Shown here in pieces: positions 36,536 to 47,420 of a stretch of DNA of 64,000 nt. The DNA comes from Paraspadella gotoi (lineage: Eukaryota; Animalia; Chaetognatha). Under the pieces are notes generated by a model. The model saw nothing but the letters and a program-made list of their open reading frames with translations. It was not told the origin of the DNA and did not search any database. The translations under genes and the position numbers were made by a program. Numbering within the stretch: the stretch's first letter is position 1; every line of letters begins with the position of its first letter. The stretch spans positions 17,222,265 to 17,286,264 of the forward strand of contig CM119269.1 of NCBI GenBank assembly GCA_051294375.1, written 5' to 3'.

Positions 36536-38104
36536 CTATTCGTTTTTTACGTCGACGACGATATGAACGAAGCTTTCGTTCTCAATGACACTCAGCACGG
36601 TGTAACCAACTTTTTGGAGAGAGTTGATGCCGTCAATGGGGTAGCGAAATTTACTTCGTGCGAGTAGTCCGAATCTGTTGTTATTCGATGACAAGACATA
36701 ATTTGTAATTGTCCCATGTACAATATAATTTTGTTTTGTTTCAACCGCTATTTAAATGTCTGACCTCTTATCGTTTGCGGAAGGGTAACGACTTTCGTGA
36801 TTCAGCATCGTGTAGTAATAGATGGTATTGTTCAATTTTTCGCGAAGGATAGGAATGCCTATTTGATATAGTATTTATGGCATTTATATTGAAAATTTCT
36901 AACGTTTCGTACATTATGAAACAAAGGAACATACGTTTGGACAAAAATCTGAATCCGAAGTCGTCGTCTTCGCCTCCCCAGCCCCAGAAGCTGTTGGAGA
37001 AGCCATTGACTGCAATGTATTGCTTCTTTGTCACGGCGATGGCTCCTCCAACCATTTGATGATAGATTGGGCTGTTAAAACAATATGATAAATTAAACCT
37101 TGTCATTTCTCTTCATTTTATATATCACAATTTAACCATTATTTTTTTTTTAAAATATCCTTTCGTGATTTATTTTCAAATTTTTTGTAAGCAATTACTT
37201 TATCAACCGAATGAACTCATTACTCAAGGGGCATTCACGTATACTTCCAAGCGATTCGTTCTACACCTATTGTAAACAATACAATTAGAAACGTTCACTT
37301 ATTGCGGAAGTAACGCTCAGCAGAAATTGAATCAATCACATGTAATTTATTAATTCACCTAATTCAGTTTTACTCAAGTGAAATATAAACTAGAGACGTT
37401 AGATCGTAGCCCCTTTTACATTTTCCTTTAAATTTTATACTGTAAGGCCCCCCTGAAGTACCCGTATCCATAACTCAGAGTATCAACCATCGCCCCGATG
37501 TGTCTGGCCCCGTTTTCGTCGCAATAATACACGTTTCGCTCGTCCTCGGGAATGAGGTCCACGTCGTGAAATATGAAACAGTCGATATCGGGGCGCCTCG
37601 ACACCACCATCTGGAATCCAACGTTGTGCAGTTTACCTTTTAAAAAAATTAAATAGATTCTTCAGTAAAGCGTAGCAAATAAATATATTAAATAATATTA
37701 AATTATATTAAATTATATTAAATAATAAATATATTAAATAAATATATTAAAATCAAGTAGAATCAAAATTCAAATGGTTGATCGTGTCCAGAAAATTATT
37801 TTTTTTTATTTTTCAATTTTTGAAAACGCCCATAGAAAATGTTCAAATTTTAAAGTGGTTTTTTTTTCTATATTTGAAAATAGATTCGAATTCATCACGA
37901 AAAGTTGATAAAAGGAAATATAACTCTTTTTAGAAAATTAGTGTACCTATAATTTAATTTTAGTATAAAAACTTAAGGAGTGTAACGAAAATTCGTTTTT
38001 GAACAACAATTTATTAAGTTTATACGACATGTTTCGACTCTATGTTTTTCGAGTCTTCATCAGCAAGTGAAAATATCAAAGTCACATATCTCAAACATCA
38101 GTTT

Positions 38105-38185
<81 letters not shown>

Positions 38186-38562
38186 GAGAGAGAGTTTCCA
38201 ACAAAGAATTGAGTGAGGGATAGTGGTCAGATGTGAGGACAGGTGAAGGTAAGGGCAGGGAAGAAGAGAGTAATGAGCTCTTTCTTACCTTACCATTTCA
38301 CTTATTCTTAACTTATCTATCCCTCACTACTTATTCTTCTTTTTCACTTTCCTTATTTCAAATTTCAAACTCAGTTAATAATTAATTTATTAATTATTGT
38401 TATACATTTAGTTTATTCTCTAATTTTATCATTGTTATACATTGCCTCTCTCTCTCTCTCTCTTTCACCACATTTTCCAATTTTAAAATTCACTTACTCT
38501 CTTCTCACCTGTCCTCACATCTGACCACTATCCCTCACTCAATTCTTTGTTGTAAACTCTCT

Positions 38563-38602
<40 letters not shown>

Positions 38603-40399
38603 AAACTGATGTTTGAGATATGAGACTTTGACATTTTCACTTGCTGATCAACATACAGTCGAAACATGTCCTTACAACTTAATAAATTGTTGTTCAAAAA
38701 CGAATTTTCGTTACACTCCTTAAATTTAAACAAACAACAAAAAGAAAGATCGAATACAAAGTATAAAAACTATAGTTTTTTAATTTTTAGCTAACTTAAT
38801 GAAAGAATTTTTGATTAAGACTTATATTTTCTTTTACCAACTTTTTATTAGGAATTCGAATCTGTTTTAAAACTAAAAAAAAACTATTTTTAAATTTTGA
38901 CATTTTCTATGGTAAGTAATATGTATAAATATGGGCGTATGCGAAAATTGATAAATTTTTTAAAAATATCTATATATCAATGTTCATTAGTACAAGACTG
39001 TTCATGAACAACTATTCAAATTTTTATCTGCAACATTCACTACGCCTTATTCTTCAAGTTAGTATTGCATCTTTAAAAAAATATTTATAAAAATAAATAA
39101 ATAGGTTCTCTCGTAAGCTTGTGCAAGACATAGCTGCAGTTTATGAACGCAATACCATCAATTATGCGAGCTTTATTCTCTCTTGGAGATCCATATTCCA
39201 CTTCAAGGAGAGTAGCATTAGAAATTATTCGAGGTAGTGTAAAAACAATGAAACACCTTTGTTAAATCGTTTGCCCTTCTCTCCCGCTTGCTCGACGACA
39301 AAGATTTGGTAATTTGCTTGTTGTCGTTGCAGCAGAGGATGCAGGACTTTGAGAAAAAGATCGAGATGCTCCTTTCTATCTCTGAAAAGGGCAATTGGAA
39401 ATTAATTCTTAATTTTTAATTCTTTGCTTGATTTTATTTTCCGGAAATTTTCTTTGGTTTCCTTATCTTGATTGATATTTGACTATTATTCCGTCTTTTG
39501 ATTTCATCTCTTTCCCCCCCCCTCATTCTATTCCTTAATAATATCTTCTCTCCTTTTCACACGAAGGTCGTAATCTTGACGCATAAAGCCTTTCCAAAGT
39601 CAGGTGAAGAATGAATGAATGAATAAAGAATTTTTATATTGGTTGTACCGAATTCATGTATTAAAAAAATGTAACTCGGGTAATAAAATTTATAAATAAG
39701 TAAGATCCGGATATAAGGAACAACCTTTATGAAATTGTACCTAAAAGGAACTATTAGGGCGAGCGATTGGTTAGCCCTGCATTTCGGCGGTTTCCAAGCT
39801 CCGCGGGTCGAAGAGTACAATCTAAAACAAACAAATAGCTTTAACATTAAATTTATTTCGCAAATGTAAAAAAAAATTCTTACTGTAATAATCGAGTAAA
39901 ATTTGTGTCCGTAAAATTGTTTTTTATGTACGACTGCCAAGATTTGAAATCATTGAAGCCCGACCGACGCCACAGGGGGCCTAAACAAACAATTAAACTT
40001 TATATTTCGTAAATATTGACGACATCGTCATTTTTTAGTTCTTACCCAGATCTTGACTCATTTCACAGTTCGGAGAATCATCGCGGGGTACGGGTGGGTT
40101 TGAGTCAGGTCTCATTGAGTGAGTCGTTTTGCTGGTGGTGATTATAGTTGTGATGGGACCCCTCCAGGACTTTACTGTTGGAGTTGCAGTTGTAGTTTTT
40201 ATAGTTGTTTCAGTAATAGAATCTAAAAATAAAAAAAATATTCCAAAAAAACGTTGAATACAGAAAAAAGACAATTTCTGTTGTACGAACCTGTGAATTT
40301 GGCTGCCATATTATTTGTTGGGTTCAGATTGTCAAGAGCCAAAAAGATAATAATGCCTAAAAGTAAATATAATTTTTTTCTTGTTCTAAAAGCAGACAT
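36536..40399 (-). CDS. Glycosyltransferase family 7 (beta-1,4-galactosyl/N-acetylgalactosaminyltransferase)
   Basis: Nine exons: 40399-40291, 40222-40046, 39980-39884, 39821-39741, 39381-39257, 37636-37462, 37071-36935, 36858-36765, 36674-36536, totalling 1134 nt (377 aa plus stop); an alternative in-frame ATG lies at 40411. The protein has a type II anchor, a Thr-rich stem, IVPFRDRKEHL, FNKGKLHNVGF, FHDVDLIPED, WGWGGEDDD, MLNH and DGINSL. Confidence 0.93.
37973..38723. mobile_element. Inverted pair of ~220-270-bp repeats (Penelope-like pseudo-LTR remnant) in GT7 intron 5
   Basis: 37973-38245 and ~38505-38723 are reverse complements. Each carries an AG microsatellite and a CTGA...GAAACATGTC...AATAAA signature. 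Confidence 0.6.
38026..38063 (-). ncRNA. Minimal type I hammerhead-ribozyme-like motif (Penelope-associated type)
   Basis: The minus strand reads CTGATGA-A-GACTC-gaaaaacata-GAGTC-GAAA-CATGTC: conserved core, 5-bp stem II, palindromic ACATGT stem III and a GUC cleavage triplet. Stem I is not evident. Confidence 0.55.
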
Positions 40400-41115
40400 C
40401 TTTATCACCATAAGCAATAAAATTAAGGGGTGAACTTAGGCAAAGATTTTTTGTTAAATAGGTAATAAGTACATTATTTTGGTTTACCTAGTAGTTAACT
40501 GATAAAAAAGTAGGCAATTTTTAATTGAGGAAAGGACTTTAAACTAAGATATAACTGATAAACTTATGATCTAATTTGCTAAGATTTAAAAGGGAAATGT
40601 TATCTTTAATAATTTAAAGCCAAATGATATTAAATTAATATTGTAGTCTAATTGTATTCTATTGTAGTCTAACCTTGTGTTGTATAGATGCTCCCTCTAT
40701 TTCCAGAAGATAACACTGATCTCCCCCTCCCAAAATAACTTATTAGATATAATAAGCAAATAATATTTTTAAAAAGTACTATATATATAATTAAATAATA
40801 TAGTTTATGTAGTAAAACATTCATAAAATATAAAAATATAAGATAGTGAAACAAGTAATTTTGCAATTTTTTATATAAAATTAAAATATAACAACATAGG
40901 ATTATTTTTGGTATTAATTTTTAAACAAAATCTTTATCAAATATAAAACTTTAATTTGCTCAACATTGAAATTCAATTAGTTTTAGCCCAAATATTTTTT
41001 ATGAAAGATAAATAATTTTATAAAAAAAATTAATAGCTAAAAATATTTGGTGTTTGGTATTTGGTGTTTGGTGACAGGGGTTGGAGTCAATTATATAGTT
41101 GTTTTTAATTAATAT

Positions 41116-41761
41116 TGAAGAGACAGTAATTATTGTTATGTGTTAGTGACAGAACCATTCAATATAAGCAGTCCCTGAGCTTCGGATCAGGCTGTACACC
41201 ATGTTACAGGCGGGTTAAGCGCCCCGTCCCTCTTAACTGCCAGACGACCACCGGGCTAGAACCATGGACCTTTGGGTTGGGAGGCGAATGACTTGCCTCC
41301 AGCACCAATGGCCGCTGATGAATGGTTGGTGGATTTTAGTCCACCATACATCCCCCCCTCCCGTAAGGAGAAGTCTGTTGCGTCTCTTCAGTGAATTGTT
41401 GTTGTGTGGAAAGTTCGTCACCAAGTTAAGCATGTCGCCTGATGTGTTGTGGCGGAAAGTGCATCACCAGGTTGAGGATGTCGCCTGAAAGTGTATTGTT
41501 GCTGTTGTGTTCAGAAGTGGGCTCACCAATGAAGAGACAGTAATTATTGTTATGTATTAGTGACAGAACCATTCAATATAAGCAGTCCCTGAGCTTCGGA
41601 TCAGGCTGTAACACCATGTTACAGGCGGGTCAAGCGCCCGTCCCTTTAACTGCCAGACACCACCGGGCTAGAACCATGGACCTTTGGGTTAGGAGGCGAA
41701 TGACTTGCCTCCGGCACCAATGGCCGCTGATGAATGGGTTGGTGGATTTTAGTCCACCATA
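41116..41761 (-). mobile_element. TRIM (miniature non-autonomous LTR retrotransposon) with tRNA-like sequence in its LTRs
   Basis: Direct repeats at 41116-41350 (TG...CA) and 41530-41761 flank a 179-bp interior. On the minus strand a PBS TGGTGAGCCC(G)AC follows the 5' LTR and a PPT GGGAGGGGGGGA precedes the 3' LTR. ATAT occurs on both flanks. Confidence 0.8.
41244..41315 (-). ncRNA. 72-nt tRNA-like (Pol III A/B-box) sequence inside the LTR; second copy ~41657-41727
   Basis: GCGGCCA...TGGTCGT forms a 7-bp acceptor-like stem with 2 G-U pairs. It has an A-box-like TGGTGCTGGAGG and a B-box-like GGTTCTAGCCC. The anticodon arm does not pair, so this is not a functional tRNA. Confidence 0.55.
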
Positions 41762-42001
41762 ATATAAACATTTTTTACTTTGAGTTAAAATCTTTGTTAA
41801 TGATGAAATAGGAATTCTTTGCAGAAATATGATATAGATTACTCAATACCTCCCTAGCTGATTATATTTAAAAATTTGTTGCTCGATATGGAAAGCAAAT
41901 ATCCTATGGATATGATTTTCAAATAAAAAATATCTAAAAAAATTATCCTTCTATTTTTTCATCATTAACAAAGATTTTAACTCAAAGTAAAAAATGTTAT
42001 A

Positions 42002-42662
42002 TTATGGTGGACTAAAATCACCAAACCATTCATACAGCGGCCATTGGTGCCGGAGGCAAGTCATTCGCCTCCTAACCAAAGGTCCATGTTCTGGCCCGGT
42101 GGTCGTCTGGCAGTTAAGAGGGACGCGGGCGCTTGACCGCCTGTAACATGGTGTTACAGGCCTGATGCCGAAGCTCAGGGACTGCTTATATTGAATGGTT
42201 CTGTCACTAACAACATAACAATAATTACTTGTCTCTTCATTGGTGAGCCCGACTTCTGAACACAACAGCAACAATAACACTTTCAGGCGACATGGCTCAA
42301 CCTGGTGATGCACTTTTCGCCACAACACATCAGGCGACATGCCTTAACTTGGTGAGGAACTTTCCACCAACAACAACAATTCACTGAAGAGACGCAACAG
42401 ACTTCTCCCTTACGGGAGGGGGGGATGTATGGTGGACTAAAATCCACCAACCATTCATCAGCGGCCATTGGTGCTGGAGGCAAGTCATTCGCCTCCAACC
42501 CAAAGGTCCATGGTTCTACCCGGTGGTCGTCTGCTGCAGTTAAGAGGGACGGGCGCTTAACCCGCCTGTAACATGGTGTTACAGCCTGATCGAAGCTCAG
42601 GGACTGCTTATATTGAATGGTTCTGTCACTAACACATAACATATAATTACTGTCTCTTTCAA
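42002..42662 (+). mobile_element. Mirror copy of the TRIM in the right arm of palindrome 2
   Basis: Reverse complement of 41116-41761 with indels; PBS TGGTGAGCCCGAC at 42241 and PPT at 42414. Confidence 0.7.
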
Positions 42663-43378
42663 TATAATTAAAAACAACTATATAATTGACTCCAAACCCC
42701 TGTCACCAAACACCAAATACCAAACACCAAATATTTTAGCTATTAATTTTTTTTTATAAAATTAATTTATCTTTCATAAAAAATATTTGGGCTAAAACTA
42801 ATTGAATTTCAATGTTGAGCAAATTAAAGTTTTATATTTGATAAAGATTTTGTTTAAAAATTAATACCAAAAAATATCCTATGTTGTTATATTTTAATTT
42901 TATATAAAAAATTGCAAAATTACTTGTTTCACTATCTGTATATTTTATATTTTATGAATGTTTTACTACATAAACTATATTATTAATTATATATATAGTA
43001 CTTTTTAAAAATATTATTTGCTTATTATATCTAATAAGTTATTTTGGGAGGGGGAGATCAGTGTTATCTTCTGGAAATAGAGGGAGCATCTATACAACAC
43101 AAGGTTAGACTACAATAGAATACAATTAGACTACAATATTTAATTTAATATCATTTGGCTTTAAATTATTAAAGATAACATTTCCTTTTAAATCTTAGCA
43201 AATTAGATCATAAGTTTAATCAGTTTATATCTTAGTTTTTAAAGATCCTTTCCTCAATTAAAAATTGCCTACTTTTATCAGTTAACTACTAGGTAACCAA
43301 AAAATTGTCTATTACCTATTTAACAAAAAATCTTTGCCCTAAGTTCACCCCTTAATTTTATTGCTTATGGTGATAAAG

Positions 43379-45737
43379 ATGTCTGCTTTTAGAACAAGAA
43401 AAAAATTATATTTAACTTTTAGGCATTATTATCTTTTTGGCTCTTGACAATCTGAACCCAACAAATAATATGGCAGACAAATTCACAGGTTCGTACAACA
43501 GAAATTGTCTTTTTTCTGTATTCAACGTTTTTTTGGAATATTTTTTTATTTTTAGATTCTATTACTGAAACAACTATAAAAACTACAACTGCAACTCCAA
43601 CAGTAAAGTCCTGGAGGGGTCCCATCACAACTATAATCACCACCAGCAAAAACGACTCACTCAATGAGACCTGACCTCAAACCCACCCGTACCCCGCGAT
43701 GATTCTCCGAACTGTGAAATGAGTCAAGATCTGGGTAAGAACTAAAAAATGACGATGTCGTCAATATTTACGAAATATAAAGTTTAATTGTTTGTTTAGG
43801 CCCCCTGTGGCGTCGGTCGGGCTTCAATGATTTCAAATCTTGGCAGTCGTACATAAAAACAATTTTTACGAGACAAATTTTACTCGATTTTACAGTAAGA
43901 ATTTTTTTTTACATTTGCGAAATAAATTTAATGTTAAAGCTATTTGTTTGTTTTAGATTGTACTCTTCGACCCGCGGAGCTTGAAACCGCGAAATGCAGG
44001 GCTAACCAATCGCTCGCCCTAATAGTCCTTTTTAGGTACAATTTCATAAAGGTTGTTCCTTATATCCGGATCTTACTTATTTATAAATTTTATTACCCGA
44101 GTTACATTTTTTTAATACATGAATTCGCGTACAACCAATATAAAAAATTCTTTATTCATTCATTCATTCTTCACCCTGACTTTGGAAAGGCTTTATGGCG
44201 TCAAGATTACGACCTTCGTGTGAAAAGGAGAGAAGATATTATTAGTAATATTATAAAAATTTAATATTAAGAAGTGAGGGGAGGAAGGATGAAATCAAAA
44301 GACGGCAATAATAGTCAAATATCAATCAAAAGATAAAGGAAACCAAAGAAAATTTCCGAAAAATAAAATTCAGCAAAGAATTAAAAATTAAGAAATTAAT
44401 TTTCCATTGGCCCTTTTCAGAGATAGAAAAGGAGCCATCTCGATCTTTTCTCAAAGTCCTGCATCCTCTGCCTGCAACGAAAACAAGCAAATTACCAATA
44501 TCTTTGTCGTCGCAGCAAGCGGAGAGAAGGCAACGATTTAACAAAGGTTGTTTCATTGTATTTTACACTAACCTCGAATAATTTCTAATGTACTCTCCTT
44601 GAAGTGTGAATATGGATCTCCAAAGTAGAATAAAAGCTTCGCCATAAATTGATGGTATTGCGTCATAAACTGCAGATAGTCTTGCACAAGCTTACGAGAG
44701 AACCTAATTTATTTATTTTTATAAATATTTTTTTAAAAGATGCAATACTAACTTGAAGAATAAGGCGTATGTGAATGTTGGCCAGTAAAAATTTGAATAG
44801 TTGTTCATGAACAGCTTTGTACTAATAATCATTGATATATAGATTATTTTTAAAAAAGTTTTATCACATTTTCGGCATACCGCCGCATATCTTATAACAT
44901 ATTACTTACCATAGAAAATGGTCAAAATTTAAAAATAGTTTTTTTTTAGTTTTAAAAAACAGATTCGAATTCCTAATAAGAAGTTGGTAAAAAGAAAATA
45001 TAGTCTTATATCAAAAATCTTTCATTAAAGTTAGCTAAAAATTAAAAAAACTATAGTTTTTATATATACTTTGTATTCGATCTCTTTCTTTTTGTTGTTT
45101 GTTTTAAATTTAAGGAGTTGGTAACGAAATTCGTTTGTTTGAACAACCAATTTATTAAGTGTTAAAAGGACATGTTTTCGACTGTATGTTCATCAGCAAG
45201 CTGAAATATGTCAAAGTCACATATCTCTCAAACATCAGTTTTTGGAGGAGAGAGATGAGACGAGAGCACTGAGAGAAGGAGAGAGAGGAGAGAGAGAGAG
45301 AGAAGAGAAAGAGAAAGTTTTACAACAAAGAATGATGAGGGAATAGTGGTTCAGATTGAGGACAGGTGAGAAGAGAGTAAGTGAATTTTAAATTGGAAAT
45401 GTGTGTGAAATGAGGAGAGAGAGAGGCAATGTTAAACATGATAAAAATTAGAGAATAAAACTAAAATGTTATACAACAATAATTAATAAATTAATTATTA
45501 ACTGAGTTTAAAATTTGCAAATAGGAAAGGAAAAAGAAGAATAAGTAAGTGAGGGATAGATAAGTTAAGAATAAGTGAAATGGTAAGGTTAAGAAAGAGC
45601 TCATTACTCTCTTCTTCCCATGCCCTTACCTTCACTGTCCTCACATCTGGACACTGATCCCTCACTCAATTCTTTGTTTGGACTCTCTCTCTTCTTCTCT
45701 CTCTCTCTCTCCTCTCTCTTCTCTCTCTCTCTCTCTA

Positions 45738-45768
<31 letters not shown>

Positions 45769-47420
45769 TCTCTCTCCAAAACTGATTTTGAGATATTGTT
45801 GACTTTTGATATTTTCACTTGCTGATTGAAGACTCGAAAACATAGAGTCGAAACATTGTCATATAAAACTTAATAAATTTGTTGTTCAAAAACGAATTTC
45901 GTTTACATCACTCCTTAAGTTTTTTATACTAAAAATTAAATTATAGGTACACTATTTCTAAAAAGAGTATATTTCCTTTTATCAACTTTTCGTGGATGAA
46001 TTCGGAAATCTAATTTTCAAATTATAAAGAAAAAAAAAAAAAAACCAACTTAAAATTTGAACATATTTCTATGGGCTGTTTTCCAAAAAAATGAAGAAAT
46101 AAAAAAAATAATTTTCTGGACACGATTAAGCCCATTTATTTTGATCTCTAACTTGATTTTTAATATAATTTATTTAATATATTTATTATTTAATATTAAT
46201 TTAATATTATTAATATATTATATATTATTGCTACCGCTTTACTGAAGAATCTATTTAATTTTTTTTAAAAAGGTGAAACTGCAACAACGTTGGAATTCAT
46301 ATGGTCGGTTGTCCGAGGCCGCCCCGATATCGACTGTTTCATATTCACGACAGTGGACCCTCATCCGCGAGGGAGGCGAGCGAAAACGTGTATTATTGCG
46401 CACGTAAAAACGGGCCCAGACACATCGGGGCGGCGAATGGTTGATACTCTGAGTTATGGATACGGAGGTACTTAGAGGGGGGGCCTTACAGTATTAAATT
46501 AAAAGTTAAAGGAAAAAATGTAAAAGGGGCTATCGAACGTCTCTGTAACTTGAGTAAAACTGAATTAGGCTGAATTAATAAATTACATGTGATTGATTCA
46601 ATTTCTGCTGAACGTTAACTTCCGCAATAAGTGAACGTTTCTCTAAGTTGTATTGTTTACAATAGTGTTAGAACGAATCGACTTGGAAGTATACGTGAAT
46701 TGCCCCTTGAGTAATGAGTACATATCGGTTGATAAAGTAATTGCTTACAAAAAAAATTTGGAAAATAGAATCACGAAAGGATATTTAAAAAAAAAATAAA
46801 TGGTTAAATTGTGATATATAAATGAAGATGAAATGACAAGGTTTTAATTTATCATATTTTTTAACAGCCCAATCTATCATCAAAATGGTTGGAGAGCCAT
46901 GCCGTGAACAAAGAAGGCAATACATTGCAGTCAATGGCTTCTCCAACAGCTTCTGGGCTGGGAGGCGAAGACGACGACCTTCGGATCAAGATTTTTGTCC
47001 AAAACGTATGTTTCCTTTGTTTCATTAATGTACGAAACGTTAGAAATTTTCAATATAAATTGCCATAAATTACTATATCAAATAGCATTCCTATCCTTCG
47101 CGAAAAATTGAACAATACCAACTATTACTAACACGATGCTGAATCACGAAAGGTCGTTACCCTTTCGCGCAAACGATAAGAGCGGTCAGGACATTTAAAT
47201 AGCGGTTGAAACAAACAAAATTATATTGTACATCAGGACAATTTACAAATTATGTTCTTGTCATCGAATAACACAGTTCGGACTACTCGCACGAAGTAAT
47301 TTCGCTTACCCCATTGACGGCATCAACTCTCTCCAAAAATGTTTGGATTACACGTGCTAGAGTGTCATGTGAGACGAGCTTACGTTCATATCGATCGTCG
47401 GACGTAAAAAGAATTCCGAG
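43379..47420 (+). pseudogene. Frameshifted mirror copy of the GT7 gene (probably artefactual)
   Basis: Same exons in reverse orientation with numerous 1-2 bp indels, for example in the WGWGGEDDD exon at ~46870-47005. Confidence 0.65.

Larger units (their letters stand above)
37822..39052. mobile_element. Degenerate MITE-like element (outer inverted repeats) enclosing the inner IR pair; related copy near 26950-27365
   Basis: 37831-37925 (catagaaaatg...tagattcgaattc...aaagttgataaaaggaaatataa) is the reverse complement of 38820-38912. 38797-39052 resembles 27107-27363. Confidence 0.45.

Noticed and set aside
41233-42642. ORFs in the TRIM region
   Set aside because: Short, inconsistent between copies, and lacking gag/pol motifs.
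43379-47420. Second GT7 gene as a genuine inverted paralog
   Set aside because: The differences are read-error-like indels within a fold-back palindrome.
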